64,000 bases of DNA from Dictyostelium discoideum (GCA_000004695.1 CM000151.3:5376001-5440000); one strand, 5' to 3'. Positions 15,099 to 30,063 are shown, counted from the stretch's first letter. The notes: generated by a model not told the origin, from the sequence alone. Numbers and translations: made by a program.

Positions 15099-16406
15099 AT
15101 GGATTATAAATGGGAAACTGATGAAAAGAATTTATTTGATTATCATTTTAGAGTAGGTGATTATGTATCAATAAGAGGTGGAAATGGTGATTTAAAACTT
15201 GCAAAAGTTGAACAAGTAAAGGATGCAAGACTTTGGGTAAAACTTGTAAATTTTGGAGATAACTCTCACCGTACTAGACATAGAGGTTATAGATGGGGAT
15301 ATCGTATGAGTGAATCTAGTACATTTTTAGTAACAGCTCAAGATTTTATAAAGAAAGGTTATCCATTATATAAAAAAAAAGTTGAAGAAATTAAAGAAAG
15401 ACACAAAAATTTTCATCAAGATTGTGTAAACTATAATGCCGAACATGGAAATCCACAAAAAATAAAGAAACCATCATATACAAAATTAATTAGAAAGAAA
15501 TTAAATGAATCAGAAGCTCCAGTTGAATATCAAAGTATTTATAATTATTTTACACCAAATATACGTAGTGGAAGAGCTATTTCCAATCATATAAACAATG
15601 ATAGTAGTTGGAGTTATAGTAAAAGAAAAGAAGAATCTGAATCAGAGGAAGAAGATGAACAATATGAAATTAAGATATTAACAGAAGAAGAGTACCAACA
15701 AATCGTTGAAAAAATGTCATATAATAAATTTTTAAATCAATTTATTAAACAAGAACAAATTGATAGAGAATTAAAAATTGAAAAATCTACAAATAATTCC
15801 AACAATAAAAACTCTAAAATCAAAACTTTTGAAATTAATGATAAAAGAGTTAAAAGATTTGCTATGAAATATATTAAACCTGAAGATTTAGAACAAAGAT
15901 TAAATCAAAAAATAAATAATAATAATGATTCAAAACAAGAACAAGAAGAATTAGAACAAGAAGAAGTTGAACAAAATCATTTTGAATATAATAATAATTA
16001 TATTGATAATGATAATTATTATTATTATAATGATAATAATCAAGATGGATTGTATAATAATCAAGTTTATCAAGAAGAAGTTTATTATATTGAACCAGAA
16101 GAACTTGTAACATTTGATGATTATAATAATCAATCTTTTGATTATAATTCAGACAAAGTTGGTAGTGGTAGTAGTAGTGGTGATGGAAAAGTGGAAAATG
16201 ATAAAATTATTTTCAAACAAAATGAAATATTTAAAAAACTTGAAAAAGAATTACATGTTTCAACCAATCACTATTATAATGAAGATTATGAAAGATTAAT
16301 AAATACATTTAATTCTGGTTTCATTTTACAAGATGAACTTCATCAAAGAAGAATGGATTTATTACGTGATCATTTTAATATTGATCTTTCTAAATTCCAG
16401 ATTTAA
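15099..16406 (+). CDS. Hypothetical protein, 435 aa: basic/acidic, with an N/Y/D-rich region.
   Basis: It is one uninterrupted ORF with an ATG in a poly-A context. Base composition is coding-like, with GC above the flanks. I recognise no domain. Confidence 0.5.
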   Translation: MDYKWETDEKNLFDYHFRVGDYVSIRGGNGDLKLAKVEQVKDARLWVKLVNFGDNSHRTRHRGYRWGYRMSESSTFLVTAQDFIKKGYPLYKKKVEEIKERHKNFHQDCVNYNAEHGNPQKIKKPSYTKLIRKKLNESEAPVEYQSIYNYFTPNIRSGRAISNHINNDSSWSYSKRKEESESEEEDEQYEIKILTEEEYQQIVEKMSYNKFLNQFIKQEQIDRELKIEKSTNNSNNKNSKIKTFEINDKRVKRFAMKYIKPEDLEQRLNQKINNNNDSKQEQEELEQEEVEQNHFEYNNNYIDNDNYYYYNDNNQDGLYNNQVYQEEVYYIEPEELVTFDDYNNQSFDYNSDKVGSGSSSGDGKVENDKIIFKQNEIFKKLEKELHVSTNHYYNEDYERLINTFNSGFILQDELHQRRMDLLRDHFNIDLSKFQI

Positions 16407-16650
16407 GAAAAATTAATTTCAATAAATAATAAAAATACAAATTATTTTTTTTTTTTCTATTTTAAATTTACAAAATAAAAAGACAATAAATGGTGTGTTT
16501 TTTTTTTTTATTTTTTTTATTTTTTTATAAATATTTTTTTCATTTAATTTTTTAAATCTTGTGTTTAAAAATAAATAAATATATATTTATACATTATTGA
16601 AAACAGTGTTTTGAAATTATATTTTAATTATAAAAAAATATAAAAATAGA

Positions 16651-17822
16651 ATGAATAAATGTAATATATTATTATTATTTTTATTTATATTTTATCAATT
16701 TATAAAAATAATAAAATCAAGTTATGAATGTGAATTATTAAATACAGATTTATGTTTATCAGCATATCCAAATTGTTTACCATTATTTTTAAATAGCTGT
16801 TGCCCTGGTCAAATGGGTATTTGTTCAACAATGGATAGTGCAGTTAAATATGGAGATGAAAAATCAAAAAATGTAACAGGTTGTCTTAGACACATTCAAT
16901 CAGGTGTTGTTTATGAATTATATGGTCCAATAGATAGTATGGTTGGTTTTGAATTTTTTCCAACTCCAAATAGTATGAAATAATTAAAAAATAAATAAAT
17001 AATAATAACAATAAAATTTAATTAATATTAACTATTTTTATTTTACTTTAATAAAAAAATAAAAAAAAATAAGAAACTTGCGAAGATTTAGGATGTAAAA
17101 ATAAAGGATTAGAATGTTTAATTGAACCAATTGAAAAATGTGAAACAATTTTAAAATCACCATGTTGTGTTTCTGAACCAAAGTGTAATCAAAATAGTAA
17201 GCTATTATTAACCAATGTTACCTATGGTAATGGTAATTGTGATTCATCATGTCCACCAGAATTTAATTGTAGATTCATTGGAGATGTACAACAATGTTTA
17301 CCGTCGAGATGTGGTTTAGTTGAATGTCCACAAGGTACAGAGTGTAAACCATTGGATGGATTAGATATTGTATCATGTTTTAAAACAATTTTACCAGTAC
17401 CAAGTAATCAGAGTGTAACATGTGACCAAATCAAATGCCCAGATCAATTCTATTGTGGCAAAGGTATTTTCTCAGATGCAGATTGTATACCATTGAATAT
17501 TGACTTAATAGGTCGTGAATTTGATTGTAATCTTTGTCCCACCGATTGGAAATGTGATAAATTTGGGTGGGGTGGTTTATGTATTGAATGGAAACCATTT
17601 AGTCCTGGTGATGGTGAGCCTTGTTTAGGTGGTGTATGTTTATTCAATCAATATTGTAATACTACAAGTCAACAATGTGAATTTCCAAAATGTGATGACG
17701 CAACTTGCCATAAAGGAATGAGTTGTATTCAATATCAAGTATCTCATCCAAGAGTTTGTGCAACTACAAATGTAATACCTTTTACTTCATTACCTGATTC
17801 ATTAGTACCATATACAAAATAA
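16651..17822 (+). CDS. Secreted cysteine-rich protein with a signal peptide and many Cys. Exons 16651..16972, 17074..17822.
   Basis: The N-terminus MNKCNILLLFLFIFYQFIKIIKS is hydrophobic and signal-like. A GTATGA donor at 16973 and an AG acceptor at 17072-17073 give phase 1: ..PN + K + TCEDLGCKNKGLECLIEP... The downstream frame is open from 17073 to the stop at 17822. It holds about 45 cysteines in EGF-like, Dictyostelium-type spacing (CxxxxC, CPxxxxC). Confidence 0.55.
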
Positions 17823-17904
17823 TAAAAAAAAATAATAAAAAATAAATAAAAAAAAAACTATAATTATTTATTATATTAAAAAAACTCTTTTTATTAATAA
17901 TATT

Positions 17905-19542
17905 TTAATTTAAATTAATAGTTTTTCTAATATCATCAAAACTTGATGAATTTACAATTTCAAATCTTTTATAATTAAATTTTAATAATATTGGTTCTAA
18001 TAATTTTGAAATTTCATTTGATGATAAATAATTTTGAATTTCATTTGAAAAAGATTTTGAATGAGGTGATGATAATTTTGAAACTAGTGGTGGCATTGCT
18101 GAAGGTCCTAAAGTTTTAATTATTTTAATATCATTTTCTAATGAAATTCTATTATTTAATAATTCAGTATCTAAAACTGTTGAATCAATTGAAGCAATTA
18201 ATTTATCATTTACTTGTGAAGATTTAATTGATTCAATTGAATTTAAATGTGAACCTGTAAAAATTGAATTTTTAAAATAATTTTCAATTGATAAAGTTTG
18301 ATGATTGTTTATTAAATGACTATTTAAAATTTGATAACCTGAAAATGAATCTTTACCATTATGAATAAATGTTAAATCTTTTGAAAGTTCATTAATTGTA
18401 CTTTGATTTTTAACAATTAAATTACTGAAATAAATTGGTTTATTTTGATAATGATCTTCAATTCTAACTGGTGAAACCAATGGTGATAATAATTTTGGAC
18501 CTGCATTTACAAATGCTAAACCACACATAAATGCAAAATCAACACCATATTCAACCATTAATTTATGTGGTGGTTCATTAATTAATTCTCCTGCATTTTC
18601 AGATTGATTAATTAATGAATAAATATCAATTAATTTTGTAGAAACTTTTAATTTTTTACCAATTTCATTTACAATCTCTTTAAAGAATTCAAAAGAATTT
18701 GGACTTAGGAAAGATGCAAAGCTCAATTCTTTATATTCTCTTAATGCTCTTAAATTAACTTTACCATCTGGTGTGAATGAATAATACTTTGTTCTTATGA
18801 AATTAATATCTAATTGGTCGTGTTGATAAAGTTGGAAATATTCTGATAAACATTCAGCTGGAATTGAGATTTGAGCATTATGAATTCTAACCATATGATA
18901 ATAAAGTGGTGATAAATATTGATTGGCGTCTCTATGAACAGTATGACGTCTCCATTCATTTACCACTTCAAAATTTTCAATAATTACAATATTTGCATAA
19001 TTATCGTCAATTGTATTTGGAAGATGGGATAAAAGTTCTTGGGATTTTGGTTTTTCTTTTTGAATTGTTACATAACCAATAATTGATGGAAATTCAGGAA
19101 GTATTGAAACCAATGCATCGTCACTTGTAATAATTTCATTTAACTTGGATTTAGCATCAAAACTTTTAGTACCAAAGAATCCTACACAACAATAATTTTT
19201 CATTTCTAATGCTTTTTCATAATTATTGATAATGCATCTTAATTTTTCATTTCCATCTAATTGGACATTAAAATGTGGTCTATCTTTATTTTTTTTGTCA
19301 GATAATGGTTTCATTTTTGAGAGTCTCATAAATTCTACAAAATATGATAACATTAATTTCATTAATCCTTTATCTTCTTTTGTATAATATGGATCTGTCA
19401 ATGGATGTCCTTCAACTTTATCATTATCTGATAATAATAAAACATCTGGTAATTCATATTTTATTGATGTTGGTGTTGTTTCAATTATTTTATTTAAATT
19501 ATTTTTTTTATTATCAGAATAAATATGATAATTTGTTTCCAT
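17905..19542 (-). CDS. Hypothetical protein, 545 aa, single exon.
   Basis: The ORF is continuous from ATG to stop, with coding-like composition. I recognise no domain (METNYHIYSDNKK...NYCCVGFFGTKSFDAKSKLNEIITSDD...). Confidence 0.5.
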   Translation of the reverse strand: METNYHIYSDNKKNNLNKIIETTPTSIKYELPDVLLLSDNDKVEGHPLTDPYYTKEDKGLMKLMLSYFVEFMRLSKMKPLSDKKNKDRPHFNVQLDGNEKLRCIINNYEKALEMKNYCCVGFFGTKSFDAKSKLNEIITSDDALVSILPEFPSIIGYVTIQKEKPKSQELLSHLPNTIDDNYANIVIIENFEVVNEWRRHTVHRDANQYLSPLYYHMVRIHNAQISIPAECLSEYFQLYQHDQLDINFIRTKYYSFTPDGKVNLRALREYKELSFASFLSPNSFEFFKEIVNEIGKKLKVSTKLIDIYSLINQSENAGELINEPPHKLMVEYGVDFAFMCGLAFVNAGPKLLSPLVSPVRIEDHYQNKPIYFSNLIVKNQSTINELSKDLTFIHNGKDSFSGYQILNSHLINNHQTLSIENYFKNSIFTGSHLNSIESIKSSQVNDKLIASIDSTVLDTELLNNRISLENDIKIIKTLGPSAMPPLVSKLSSPHSKSFSNEIQNYLSSNEISKLLEPILLKFNYKRFEIVNSSSFDDIRKTINLN

Positions 19543-19588
19543 TATTTATTTTTAAATTATTGATTTGAAAAAATAAAAAAAACTATTG

Positions 19589-19623
<35 letters not shown>

Positions 19624-19985
19624 ATTGTATTAAAAAAAAAAAAAAAAAAATGCCACTGCGGAGGTGAAAAGATTTTTTTTTTTTTTTTTTTTTTTCATTT
19701 TGATTTTCCTGGTCAAAGATTCCACAAAATGGTCTAACTGCAAATAATGAGTCATTTTTCAATTGAAAAAAAAAAATAGGTCAAAAAAAAATATAAATAA
19801 ATAAATTGTTTTCAGAGTATTATTATAATACTCTAAAAACAATTTTTGATTGAAACTCCTTTAACCTTTACTTAAATAATTTTTATTAGTTTTTTTTTTT
19901 TTTTTTTAAATATGTTTGATTTCAGAGTACACACTTTACACTAAAAAAGATTTAATATTAATTTAAATAAAATATTTATTTAAAA

Positions 19986-20017
<32 letters not shown>

Positions 20018-20095
20018 TTTTTTTTTTTATAAATATAAATATCTATGATGTTGCTTTTCATAATCCATACCCAAATTTAATAACGCCATTCATAG

Positions 20096-20140
<45 letters not shown>

Positions 20141-20433
20141 TTTGGTGGAAAAAGTAAATTATTTTTTATTTTGATTTTTTTTTTTTTTTGATTTTTATTT
20201 TTTTATTTTTTTTATTTTTTTTAAAATATTTTATTTTTTTATTTTTTATTTTTTTTAAAAACAATACATATTTTCATATACAATAACCAGGTTGTTATTG
20301 TTGTTTTTATTTTATTTTATTTTTATTTTTATTTATTTATTTATTTATTTTTGTGTGTTTTTGTGTGTTTTTTCACACATATCTATTATTAGTAATTCTA
20401 TTTTTATTGAAGTGTTCATAAATATCAAAATTA

Positions 20434-20495
<62 letters not shown>

Positions 20496-20882
20496 GTATA
20501 GAAAAATATTTTCACAGAACCCCCAAACACACAGCCAAATTTTTCATATCCATTTTTGTAATTATAAATAAAAAATTTTTTTTTAATTTTTTTTTTATAT
20601 TTTTTTTTTTGTTTTTTTATTTGGACAACCTCACAACAAAACAGAATCTTTTTTACAAAAAAAAAAAAAAAAAAATTAAAAAAATTAAAAAAATTTAAAA
20701 AATAAAAAATAAATAAGGCAAAAGGAAAAAGAAAAAGAAAAATTTTAAACCAATATAAAAAGTAAAGAGATTACGTTGGTTATCAATCTCTGTATCATTC
20801 AGAATTATTAAAAAAAGGATTGTAGTAATAAATTCATATACACCCATTTCCAAAAATAAAAAAAATAAAAATAAAAAAAATT

Positions 20883-20985
<103 letters not shown>

Positions 20986-21155
20986 TATTAAATATTTGTA
21001 ATATAAATATCCTTTTTGTTACTTTTATTTAATACAAAAAAAATTTCCTTTTAAAAAAAAAAAAATATATAATAAATATATAATAATAAAATAAAATAAA
21101 TAAAATTTTTTTTAAAAAAAAAAATAAAATAAAAAAATAAAATAAAATATCAACA

Positions 21156-23539
<2,384 letters not shown>

Positions 23540-23824
23540 TTGTAGTAATAATTAAAAAAATATATAAAAAAATAATAAATAATAATAATAATAATACTAA
23601 TAATAAAATTAAAAATATAACAACACGTAATAAATAAAAATAAAAGCAATGACAATATTTTCTAATAAACACAGAATTCATAAATTTTTTATATCTTTCT
23701 AATTTAAATAATTTTTTAAAACTATTAAATATATATATATATCTAATTTTGATTTTTTCAAAGTGATAATAATATTATCAAATAGGAAATTTAATTTTTA
23801 AAACTTACCTAATTTTACAAATCT

Positions 23825-24112
23825 TTAGTGAATTATTTGAGTTTTATCACATTGACGAGCACCAAAAGTGGAAATAATACAAGATAATGGTGTTGGAGTT
23901 ATCTCTTCAACACAATTATAATAGGAGGTTAAATTTGAATTTGTTGAACAACCAATTGGAAAAGTGGTAGTTGTATTTAGAATTGAACATTCGAAATCGC
24001 CAAAACTACTAACAAATACATTTTGGTTTTCAATATCACAATTGTACATATATCCATCAATACGATAATAATCTATTGAATCTTCATTGGCTAACTTTTG
24101 ATAATTCTAAAC
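23825..24112 (-). CDS. Possible terminal exon or small Cys-rich ORF; orphan.
   Basis: The minus-strand frame is open from just after a TAG at about 24113, preceded by a ...caagtttag acceptor-like site, down to the stop at 23825. It is Cys-rich (…YNCDIENQNVFVSSFGDFECSILNTTTTFPIGCSTNSNLTSYYNCVEE...). I found no upstream exon or start, so this is weakly supported. Confidence 0.25.
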
Positions 24113-24725
24113 TTGTAATTCTAGATTATATTAACATTTTTTTTTGGAAATAAAGATCAAACCGTTTTATTGAATTAAACAACTTTAAAAAAAATCAGTT
24201 TATGGTTAAATAGATGTTTCAAATAATAAAGTCGTAGTTTCTTATATGAATTGGTCGAAGGGATAATATTTGGAAGAAATGATTCTGGAATACAATATAC
24301 TTTACAAGCTAATTTCCTTAATTCAATTATTTATTTATGGAAATCATTATGGTCTATAAAATTGCTACGGTCTTTTGAGAGTGTACATAAAGAAACATAA
24401 TTGCATTAATAATTCATCAATCAATTGTATAGTGACTAACCATCAAAAAATGAAACACTCGTACCCAATTCTAATAAATAAATAGTACAAACTAATTATA
24501 GAATACAGAAAAAAGATTTAAAATTAACACCATAGTTTACACATTTATATTCCCATTTAAAGTATTCGAATGTGGAATCTAAGATTTAAGTGGTCTATAT
24601 TAAATCTCATGATCCATGAGAACAGAGTTTTAAATTTTAGAAAAATTGATCCACAATTACTCTTTTGGGTAAAATTGAGCTCGGAATGGTGGTAATGTGA
24701 AAATCACCCAGACGCGTTTATATAT

Positions 24726-24737
24726 GGGAGTCGAACC
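24726..24737 (-). promoter_or_regulatory. External B box (exB) about 34 nt downstream of tRNA-Lys.
   Basis: Minus-strand GGTTCGACTCCC matches the Pol III B-box consensus GGTTCGAnTCC and sits outside and downstream of the tRNA. This fits the extra downstream B box commonly found at D. discoideum tRNA genes, which is associated with TRE3 targeting. An 8-bp-stem hairpin, cgacgacc-tcgt-ggtcgtcg, lies directly adjacent at 24737-24756. Confidence 0.55.
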
Positions 24738-24771
24738 GACGACCTCGTGGTCGTCGGTTTAAAAATAAATT

Positions 24772-24844
24772 CGCCCAACGGGGGGCTCGAACCCCCGACC
24801 ACCAGATTAAGAGTCTGGCGCTCTACCGACTGAGCTAGCCGGGC
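24772..24844 (-). tRNA. tRNA-Lys (anticodon CTT).
   Basis: The reverse complement is GCCCGGCTAGCTCAGTCGGTAGAGCGCCAGACTCTTAATCTGGTGGTCGGGGGTTCGAGCCCCCCGTTGGGCG. The acceptor stem pairs 7/7, the D- and T-arms are canonical (GGTTCGAGCCC), and the anticodon loop is ACTCTTAATCT. It closely matches the eukaryotic tRNA-Lys(CUU) consensus. Confidence 0.9.
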
Positions 24845-25264
24845 ATTTTATGAAATTTTTATTTTAATTACAAAAATTTGTCGGAAATATTTTTTTTATA
24901 AATAAGATCAACCAAGAGTAAATTAAACTATTAATCCACATTTTGACAGAAATTTTAAAAAAATCCAAAAAACATCAACAATGTTATAAAATTAAAATAA
25001 GAAACCAAAATTTTCATTATTTTTTATTTTTTTGAATTAAATTTATAAAAATTAATTTTTTATTAATTTGAATTAAATTTATTTAAATTAATAAAAATTA
25101 GACAAAAAAAAAAAAAGAAATATTTATGGAAAATTAAAAAAAAAAATTAGACCAAAGAAAAGAAATATTTATGGAAAATAAAAAAATTAACTCTGTAAAT
25201 TTCTGTTTTTAACCACTACCAAATATTTCGTTTTTAAAAGCAATAAAACTCAAAAAAATTACAA

Positions 25265-25301
<37 letters not shown>

Positions 25302-25405
25302 AATTTTTTATTTTTTTTTTTTTTTTTCATTTTTTTAAATTTGGAGGAACAAACACACAAATAATATTTAAATCACCTCAACATATATATATATAACTAG
25401 TAAAA

Positions 25406-25723
25406 ATGGCAAAAGGATTAACAAAGAAACCAACCAAAAAAAATAAATCATTACCAGCAACTACATCTCACGAAACACCAAAACCTTCAGTTGGATTTTT
25501 TAGTAGATTAAGCGCCAACAAAACATTAGGAAATATTATTGTTAGTTCAGCAAATTTGGTTTGTTTCACAACTAGAAAAATTTTAAATATGACATGGGTT
25601 ACAGTTACATTTGCAGCACTTTTCCTTACTCCAGCTTATAAATGTTTATCAGCTGATTTAGAAGAAACTGAAAAAGGTACCGATAATCCAGATGATGCTT
25701 TACCAGAAGGAATGTTGGATTAA
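25406..25723 (+). CDS. Small membrane protein, 105 aa. It has a basic N-terminus, one TM segment near the C-terminus and an acidic tail. A TOM22-like import-receptor architecture is possible but unproven.
   Basis: It is a single ORF. WVTVTFAALFLTPAY is a hydrophobic helix followed by ...LEETEKGTDNPDD. The match to TOM22 (TM followed by ...ETEK) is weak. Confidence 0.45.
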   Translation: MAKGLTKKPTKKNKSLPATTSHETPKPSVGFFSRLSANKTLGNIIVSSANLVCFTTRKILNMTWVTVTFAALFLTPAYKCLSADLEETEKGTDNPDDALPEGMLD

Positions 25724-26356
25724 ATATAATATACTTCAAATTATATAAAAATAAATAATAAATAAATAATAAATAATAACAATAAAAAAACAATAAAAAG
25801 AAATAATCAATTGTAAAATTTTTACATAAAACTGCAAAAACGTCAACAAAACATCAACACACATACACACACACAAATACACCTCAACCTTTTAATACAA
25901 AAACCTCAACCTTTTAATACAAAAACCTCAACAAACACACAGTAAACCAAAACGAAAACCAAGAAAAAAAAAAAAATCTAATCAAGATTAATTTTAATAA
26001 ATTAAGAATCTTTTGTTTTTTTTTAAAATAAAAAAATAAAATAAAAAAAAATAAAAAATAAAAAATAAAAAAAATTTAAAAAAGATAATTAAACTATTTA
26101 TTTATTCTTTATTCTTTATTTTTATTTTTATTTTTTTTATAAATATCAACATACTTTATCCTTTCGTTTTTTTAATAAAAAAAAAAAAAATAAAATAAAA
26201 TAAAATAAAATAAAAAAAAAAAAAATTAAAAAAAACGAAAAGCGAATTTTGAGAATTTTTTCTTTTTTCCTATTTTTTTATTTTTTATTTTTTTTATTTT
26301 TTTTATTTTTTTCTATAAACTGTACATATAAATAAATAAATAAAGATTTAATAATA

Positions 26357-26511
26357 ATGGGTAGATATAGTGGTCATGGTGGTACACACACAAAAAAAAA
26401 ACAATACAAAAGAGCTAGAAGTACAAAAAATAGAGCAAAAGGTAAAAAATAAACACCCCCATCAATAATAATAATAATAATATTAATAATAATAATAATT
26501 ATAATAATAAT

Positions 26512-26551
<40 letters not shown>

Positions 26552-27020
26552 GTTATGACTTATGTATATAAATACATACAACATATATTATATAAAAATA
26601 CTAATATATATTATAATAATTTATTTATTATAATCAAAAAACATATAACAATAACAATAATAATTTTTTAAAAAAAAAGACATTGATCAAATTTTTGATG
26701 AAATCCAACCAGAAACTATAGATAAATTTTCAAAATTTGAAGTAGATCCAGATTTACCTGGTATGGGTCAAAATTATTGTATACATTGTTCTAAACATTT
26801 TGTTACAAATGAAGATTTACAAAGTCATATTAAAGGAAAACCACATAAAATTAGAGTAAAAGAATTAAAAACTAAACCATATTCACTTGCAGAGAGTCAA
26901 ATACCAGTTGATAATGGTGTAAAATTAAATAGAGATGCAAATGGTGTTCCAACTACAACTGATGTTACTGGTACAATTAAAAAATCAACAACTACAACAA
27001 CAACCACCACTACCGTTTAA
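26357..27020 (+). CDS. ZNF593 / Bud20 C2H2 zinc-finger protein (pre-60S ribosome biogenesis). Exons 26357..26441, 26680..27020.
   Basis: Exon 1 encodes MGRYSGHGGTHTKKKQYKRARSTKNRAK|, followed by GTAAAA at 26442. An AG at 26678-26679 and phase 1 give D-IDQIFDEIQPETIDKFSKFEVDPDLPGMGQNYCIHCSKHFVTNEDLQSHIKGKPHKIRVKELK. This matches ZNF593 (MGR..R..H....KKKRYKR...DIDEIH...DPDLPG.G...C..C.RYF.....L..H...K.HK.R.K.L), including the single C2H2 finger. Confidence 0.8.
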
Positions 27021-27179
27021 ATTATATAAAATTATAAAAAATAAAAAAATATTTAAAAAATATTTAAAAAAAAAATATATATATAAAAAGAAATAGAACT
27101 TTTATTTATTTAATTAATTATTTATTTATTTTGTTTTGTTTGGTTTTGTTTTGTTTATTTTTTTTTTTTTTTTTTTTTT

Positions 27180-29487
27180 TTAAAATTTCCAATCAGACAT
27201 GAAATCAGTATCTTGTTCAATTAATTTTGATTTTTGTTGATAAGCTAATGGAACAGTTGAAGATTTCTTTTTAAAAGAATTTTCATACATTACTTGATAA
27301 GTGACAAATGAGAATTCATTTAAATCAATGATATTTTTAAGACCATTATCAAATAATTTTGCCATTTTACTAACTTCTGGAGCGTAATGGTCACGAAGAA
27401 TTTGAATTTCCCAAAGTGAACTTGAGATAGCATTACATTTACTTGGATCTTCTTCAATTGGATCATATGGATCATTTCCATATAAACCTTTAATATTATC
27501 TAATGATTCTTGTTGTTGTGGTTGTAAATCTTGTTTAATTAATAATACAGATTGTCTAGTAATTTGTTGTTGCTGCTGTTGTTGTTGTACTTGATTTTGA
27601 GTATTTGGTAATGGTTTAATTGGATTATTAATTAAACAATGACAATTTACATTTCTTTGTAAAAGATTGTAAATCAATGGTAATAAAATTAATGAACCAT
27701 ATGGTGGAGAAATTAAACAAAGAGTTGCACATCTCTTTATAAATGCAGCAACCATATAATTTGGTAAAGATTTTGATGATAAAAATAAATCTGCTAATTT
27801 AAAAAATCTAGCTCTATATTTTGCATATAAAACACCTGGTTGAAATAATGAATATAATTTTTTAAAAAAGTCTGGATATTCTCTTTAATAATAAATAAAT
27901 TAATAAGTTAATAAACTATTACTTGAATATATATATATATATATAATTATAGTATACTTACAAATTATATTTTGTAATTAAAATGAAAACACCATTTAAA
28001 GCTAAAATTGAAGTTACACCACCTAAATCATAAGAGTTTGTAAAGAAATCTAAAAGTACTTTTGCATCGGTTAAATAAGGGAAAACACGATCAGGTAAAC
28101 CAAGTAAAACATGTTTATAGATTGTTGGTGGTAATGGTAAAGTTAAGAAAGAGATCCAAGATTTACTAAAGATTGATCTATAAGAGGAGATCTTTGTTAA
28201 TGATGACCAATTTGAAGATAATCTCTCCCATTCCTTTTCATTGAAATTCTTTGGTTTCTCCCAATTTGATCTCTTTGATTGTTGTTTTAATTTAGTTTTT
28301 AATGAAGAATTATTCTCAGTGATACAAGAGAAATGTGGTTTACCAACCCAAAATTCCCATTCATCAGGTACAACTTGTAATGGTTCAAAAAATGTTAAGA
28401 AATCAAATAAATTTTCAACAAATTTTGAAATACTTGATACATTTGGATAAATTGATTTAAATTCTTGTTCAGTAGTAGTGGTGGTGGTGCTAGTGGTATT
28501 CTTTTTATTTATTAATGCAATTGTTGATGTTGATATCTCATTAATTGAAACTAAAGAATAGTAGAATAGATCTTGATATTTTGATAAATAATTCTCAGTG
28601 AAATGGTCTAATAGTTTAGTATTGAATGTATTTGAAAACATCATTGTTGAAATCAACTGTTTTAAAGTTTGTTTTGAAATATTATGAAAATGTTGTTTAT
28701 CTTCGTCATCTAAAAGTTGCTTTTCTTCTTGTTCATTTGGTAATGTTGATAATAGAATTGATTCTCTTTTTAAAATATTTAATAAAGTTGTTAATGTTGG
28801 TAATTGAATTGATGGATCTTCATGAATTAATAATTCTTTTAATAATTCTAAATAACCAACATAAATTTTATATAACCAATGAATATAAATTACTAATGGT
28901 TCTTTTGATTTACATTCAACATTTGTTTCTTTATTTTTTAATAATTTAAATTCTCTACAAATTATTGGATTACTTGAATCAAATAAATTTATAAAAATTC
29001 TTTCTAATGATTTAATTGATTCAAATACAATTTCTAATTCTTTAATATTCTATAAGAAAAAAAAAAAAAAAAAGAAAAAATTAATATTAATATTAATATT
29101 AATAAATAAATAAATATTTTTTTTTTTTTTTTTTTTTACTTTTCTACTTACTGATTTACAAATTTTAATAATTTCTAAAATTTTATTTGAATTTTCAGTA
29201 CTTTCAATAACTTGTGATTCAATTTCTTTAATTTTTTCAATTGGTGATTTTTCAATTTGAATTGGTTTTTTATTTAATTTTGTTGATTTTGATGATGGAG
29301 TTGGTGCTGAGAAAACACGATTCTTTTCAAATTTACTTAAAACTTTTTTGGTTGTTGTAACTGGTGTGGTTGTTGATTTAGTTACTTTTTTAATTGCAAC
29401 TTTTGATTCTACTTCTGTTGTTGTTGTTGTTGTTGTTGTTGGTGGTGTTACAACAATTGATTTCTTTGTTGCTTTTGGTACAACCAT
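27180..29487 (-). CDS. NOC4 / Noc4L nucleolar complex protein (CBF/Mak21 domain). Minus-strand exons 29152..29487, 27962..29049, 27180..27882.
   Basis: The C-terminal exon ...NLEYPDFFKKLYSLFQPGVLYAKYRARFFKLADLFLSSKSLPNYMVAAFIKRCATLCLISPPYGSLILLPLIYNLLQRN matches the CBF domain of NOC4L (...LVAAFAKRLARLAL.AP...L..LPFICNLLRRHP). Minus-strand GTAAGT donors fall at 29151 and 27961, and minus-strand AG acceptors end at 29050 and 27883; phases are 0 then 2. Confidence 0.75.
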
Positions 29488-29819
29488 TTTATTTTTTTTC
29501 TCTTTTTTTCTAAGGGGTAAAATGAAATAAAATAAAATAAAAAAAAAAAAAAAAAAAAAAAAAAACGATCGAAAAAAAATTTTTCAAAAATAAAAATAAA
29601 AAAAAAAAAAAAAAAAAATAAATAAAACAAAAAAAAAAAAAAAAAAAAAAAAAATTGTAAAACAGAACCCAAGCCAAGTTATATTAAAAATTGATAAAAA
29701 AAAAAATTAAATAAAAAAAAAAAAAATAAAGAAATTAAATTAAGATATTAAATGGTAATAAAAAAATTTTATCTTATTTTTTAATTTTTATTTTTTTTTA
29801 TTTTTTTATTTTTTTAATT

Positions 29820-29852
<33 letters not shown>

Positions 29853-30027
29853 TTTTTTTTAAATTACCAATTTCCAACACATAAAAAAAAAAAATTCAAC
29901 CATTTGTACATATAATATAATATTAGGTTGTTTTCATTTTATTTTATTTTTTCAAAGCAATCAAAAAAAAAAAAAAAAGCAATCAAAAAAAAAGAAAAGC
30001 ATAATAAAGAAATTTAATTGTACAAAT

Positions 30028-30063
<36 letters not shown>

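Noticed and set aside
24660-24760. A second tRNA gene next to tRNA-Lys, suggested by the GGTTCGACTCC T-loop-like box.
   Set aside because: No acceptor, D or anticodon arms can be built around it. It is better explained as the external B box typical of Dictyostelium tRNA loci, plus an adjacent hairpin.
27958-28656. Treating the three minus-strand ORFs 27180..27755, 27958..28656 and 29050..29487 as separate genes.
   Set aside because: They are exons of one NOC4 gene. GTAAGT donors fall exactly where each ORF's read-through stop occurs, and the CBF domain is only contiguous after splicing.
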